Positions 62,628 to 64,000 of a stretch of DNA of 64,000 nucleotides are shown one piece after another. Source of the DNA: Candidatus Nanohaloarchaea archaeon (GTDB taxonomy: Archaea; Nanohalarchaeota; Nanosalinia; Nanosalinales; Nanosalinaceae); contig JBEQAZ010000001.1 of the NCBI GenBank assembly GCA_041640055.1, forward strand, positions 6,931 to 70,930, given 5' to 3'. The translations under genes and the position numbers were made by a program. The notes beneath the pieces are model-generated. The model was given only the letters and a program-made list of their open reading frames with translations, searched no databases and had not been told where the DNA came from. Numbering within the stretch: the first letter of the stretch is position 1; each line of letters begins with the position of its first letter.

Positions 62628-63605
62628 ATGAAACTGTTAAACCAGAACCGGCAGGAAGGATACGCGAAGATAGAGGTCGAGAACGAGGACGATCTCTGGC
62701 GTATCAAAGACTTCTTCAGAGAAGGCGATAAGGTCAGAAAGTTCACACAGAGGACAATGCTGGAGGGAAGAGAAAAGAAAAGCATGAAGATCACAATCCA
62801 GCTGGAGAAGAAAAGCTTTGAAAACGGAAGGCTCAGACTTACCGGAGAGATAACAGAAGCCGGAGACGATGTCGAACTTGGATACCACAGCTTCAATGTA
62901 GAGGATGGCTCCGAACTCGAGCTCTGGCGTGACTTCTCCGAAGGTGACTGGGATAAACTGGGGGAATGGAGTGAGAAAGATCCTTACAGCGTCCTATTTT
63001 GTCTGGTTGAGAAGGGGGAAGCCGACTTCTACATAGTCAGAGAATCCGGGATTCAAAGCCTTTCAGGAGTGGAGGAAAACCTTCCTGGAAAGATGTATGG
63101 ATCCGAGAAATCAGAAGACGAGTTCCTGAAACAGGTAGCTGCAACCATAAGAAGAGTGAAAGGTGATGTCGACTTCGTGGTTCTGGCCGGACCAGGTTTC
63201 ACAAAGAACAGCCTGAAAAACCACTTAGAAGTCGAGAACCTTTTCATGCAGGATACATCAGTAACAGGAGAAACAGGTTTACATGAAGCTATCAAGCGTG
63301 GCGCACTAGACAAAGTAGTCCGATCCTCCAGAGTAGCTGATGAAACCCAGATAATGGAGGAATTCATGGAGAAACTGAGGAAAGACGAACCTGTGAGCTA
63401 CGGAGAAGAAGTTGAAGAGCTGGCAGAAATGGGTGCTGTTGAAAAACTGTTGATCACTCCGAAGAAAGCGCGTGAAAGAAAGGATATTGTTGAGACAGTG
63501 GAGCAGCAGGGCGGTGAAGTCCAGGTTGTTCATACGGATCATGAGGCCGGCGAACGACTTGAAGGATTTACAGGACTTGCTGCGATTCTGCGCTACCAGG
63601 TCTAG
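62628..63605 (+). CDS. pelA: Pelota (Dom34) ribosome-rescue factor
   Basis: The N-terminus is MKLLNQNRQEGYAKIEVENEDDLWRIKDFFREGDKV. The central block is LAGPGFTKN, and there is an eRF1-like C-terminal domain. The 325-aa length fits. Confidence 0.9.
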   Translation: MKLLNQNRQEGYAKIEVENEDDLWRIKDFFREGDKVRKFTQRTMLEGREKKSMKITIQLEKKSFENGRLRLTGEITEAGDDVELGYHSFNVEDGSELELWRDFSEGDWDKLGEWSEKDPYSVLFCLVEKGEADFYIVRESGIQSLSGVEENLPGKMYGSEKSEDEFLKQVAATIRRVKGDVDFVVLAGPGFTKNSLKNHLEVENLFMQDTSVTGETGLHEAIKRGALDKVVRSSRVADETQIMEEFMEKLRKDEPVSYGEEVEELAEMGAVEKLLITPKKARERKDIVETVEQQGGEVQVVHTDHEAGERLEGFTGLAAILRYQV

Positions 63606-64000
63606 GCATCCGGACGGTCTTGAAGAGTCATTTCTACAGTCTGTCGTTCTCCATCCCGGATGATATGTACATCTACCGTATCTCCGACCTCTGTCTTTCT
63701 AAGAAGGTAGTCAAGTATATCGTTGATGTCTTCAACCTTTCTATCATCGATACCTACTATTACATCGCCGCCCAGAACAACATTTCTTCCCTCCATATCT
63801 CTATCTCCAGCTCTCAGACCGGCTTCAGCTGCTGGACCATCCTCAATAACGCTCTGAACCAGAAAGCCTGAGGAGTTCTCCAAATCCATTTCACGGGCGA
63901 TCTCTGCGTCTACATTTACTCCAGTGATCCCTATCCAGGAGTGTTCGTAATCATTCTCCTCTATCAGCTGTGGAACAACTTCGCCGACTGTTTTGGAGGA
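63602..64000 (-). CDS. HtrA/DegP-type serine protease, C-terminal PDZ part (5' end lies outside the window)
   Basis: The frame is open to the window edge. ...SWIGITGVNVDAEIAREMDLENSSGFLVQSVIEDGPAAEAGLRAGD...GGDVIVGIDDRKVEDINDILDYL is a typical HtrA PDZ domain. Confidence 0.75.
   Translation of the reverse strand, partial: SSKTVGEVVPQLIEENDYEHSWIGITGVNVDAEIAREMDLENSSGFLVQSVIEDGPAAEAGLRAGDRDMEGRNVVLGGDVIVGIDDRKVEDINDILDYLLRKTEVGDTVDVHIIRDGERQTVEMTLQDRPDA

Overview
This is a densely coding, moderately AT-rich archaeal chromosome segment. Gaps between genes are tiny, and several convergent gene ends overlap (16450-16467, 19964-19971, 63602-63605). The housekeeping genes are clearly archaeal: topoisomerase VI A/B, FEN1, aIF-1A, aEF-1beta, Alba, deoxyhypusine synthase, diphthine synthase, Pelota, RIO kinase, a KH protein, Trm5, an NMD3-like protein and the ArgRS C-terminus. 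There are three intron-less tRNAs: Phe-GAA, Asn-GTT and Arg-GCG. Nearly all proteins are strongly acidic (D/E-rich), and the only clear metabolic enzyme is a cofactor-independent phosphoglycerate mutase. More than half the window encodes secreted, membrane or coiled-coil proteins with no family I recognise. Together this points to a halophilic, reduced DPANN-type (Nanohaloarchaeota-like) genome, but that is inference only. Five accessory blocks stand out. (1) A ~14-kb minus-strand type IV filament supercluster at 19964-33887 has a 754-aa secretion ATPase, a 726-aa FlaJ/TadC-like platform, at least 10 pilin-like proteins, two large paralogous secreted proteins, and an embedded Alba gene. (2) A tightly packed minus-strand cluster at 35391-42014 encodes membrane proteins around an ATP-grasp ligase. 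It includes three paralogs sharing a signal peptide plus an HGG motif, and two micro-proteins with glycine-rich tails. (3) A plus-strand cluster at 44749-48471 has a second ATP-grasp-like enzyme and acidic proteins with Tat-like RR motifs. It shares an upstream TGTTGTTAC motif with the 5270 gene. (4) Two large repeat-built surface proteins lie at 48524-54715. (5) An envelope cluster at 55030-62572 has three tandem lipoproteins, a 963-aa polytopic protein and a 376-aa anchored protein. I saw no CRISPR array, transposase, integrase, rRNA or reverse transcriptase. Three short ORFs missing from the 60-aa ORF track are proposed at 15274-15405, 25843-25974 and 36789-36929.
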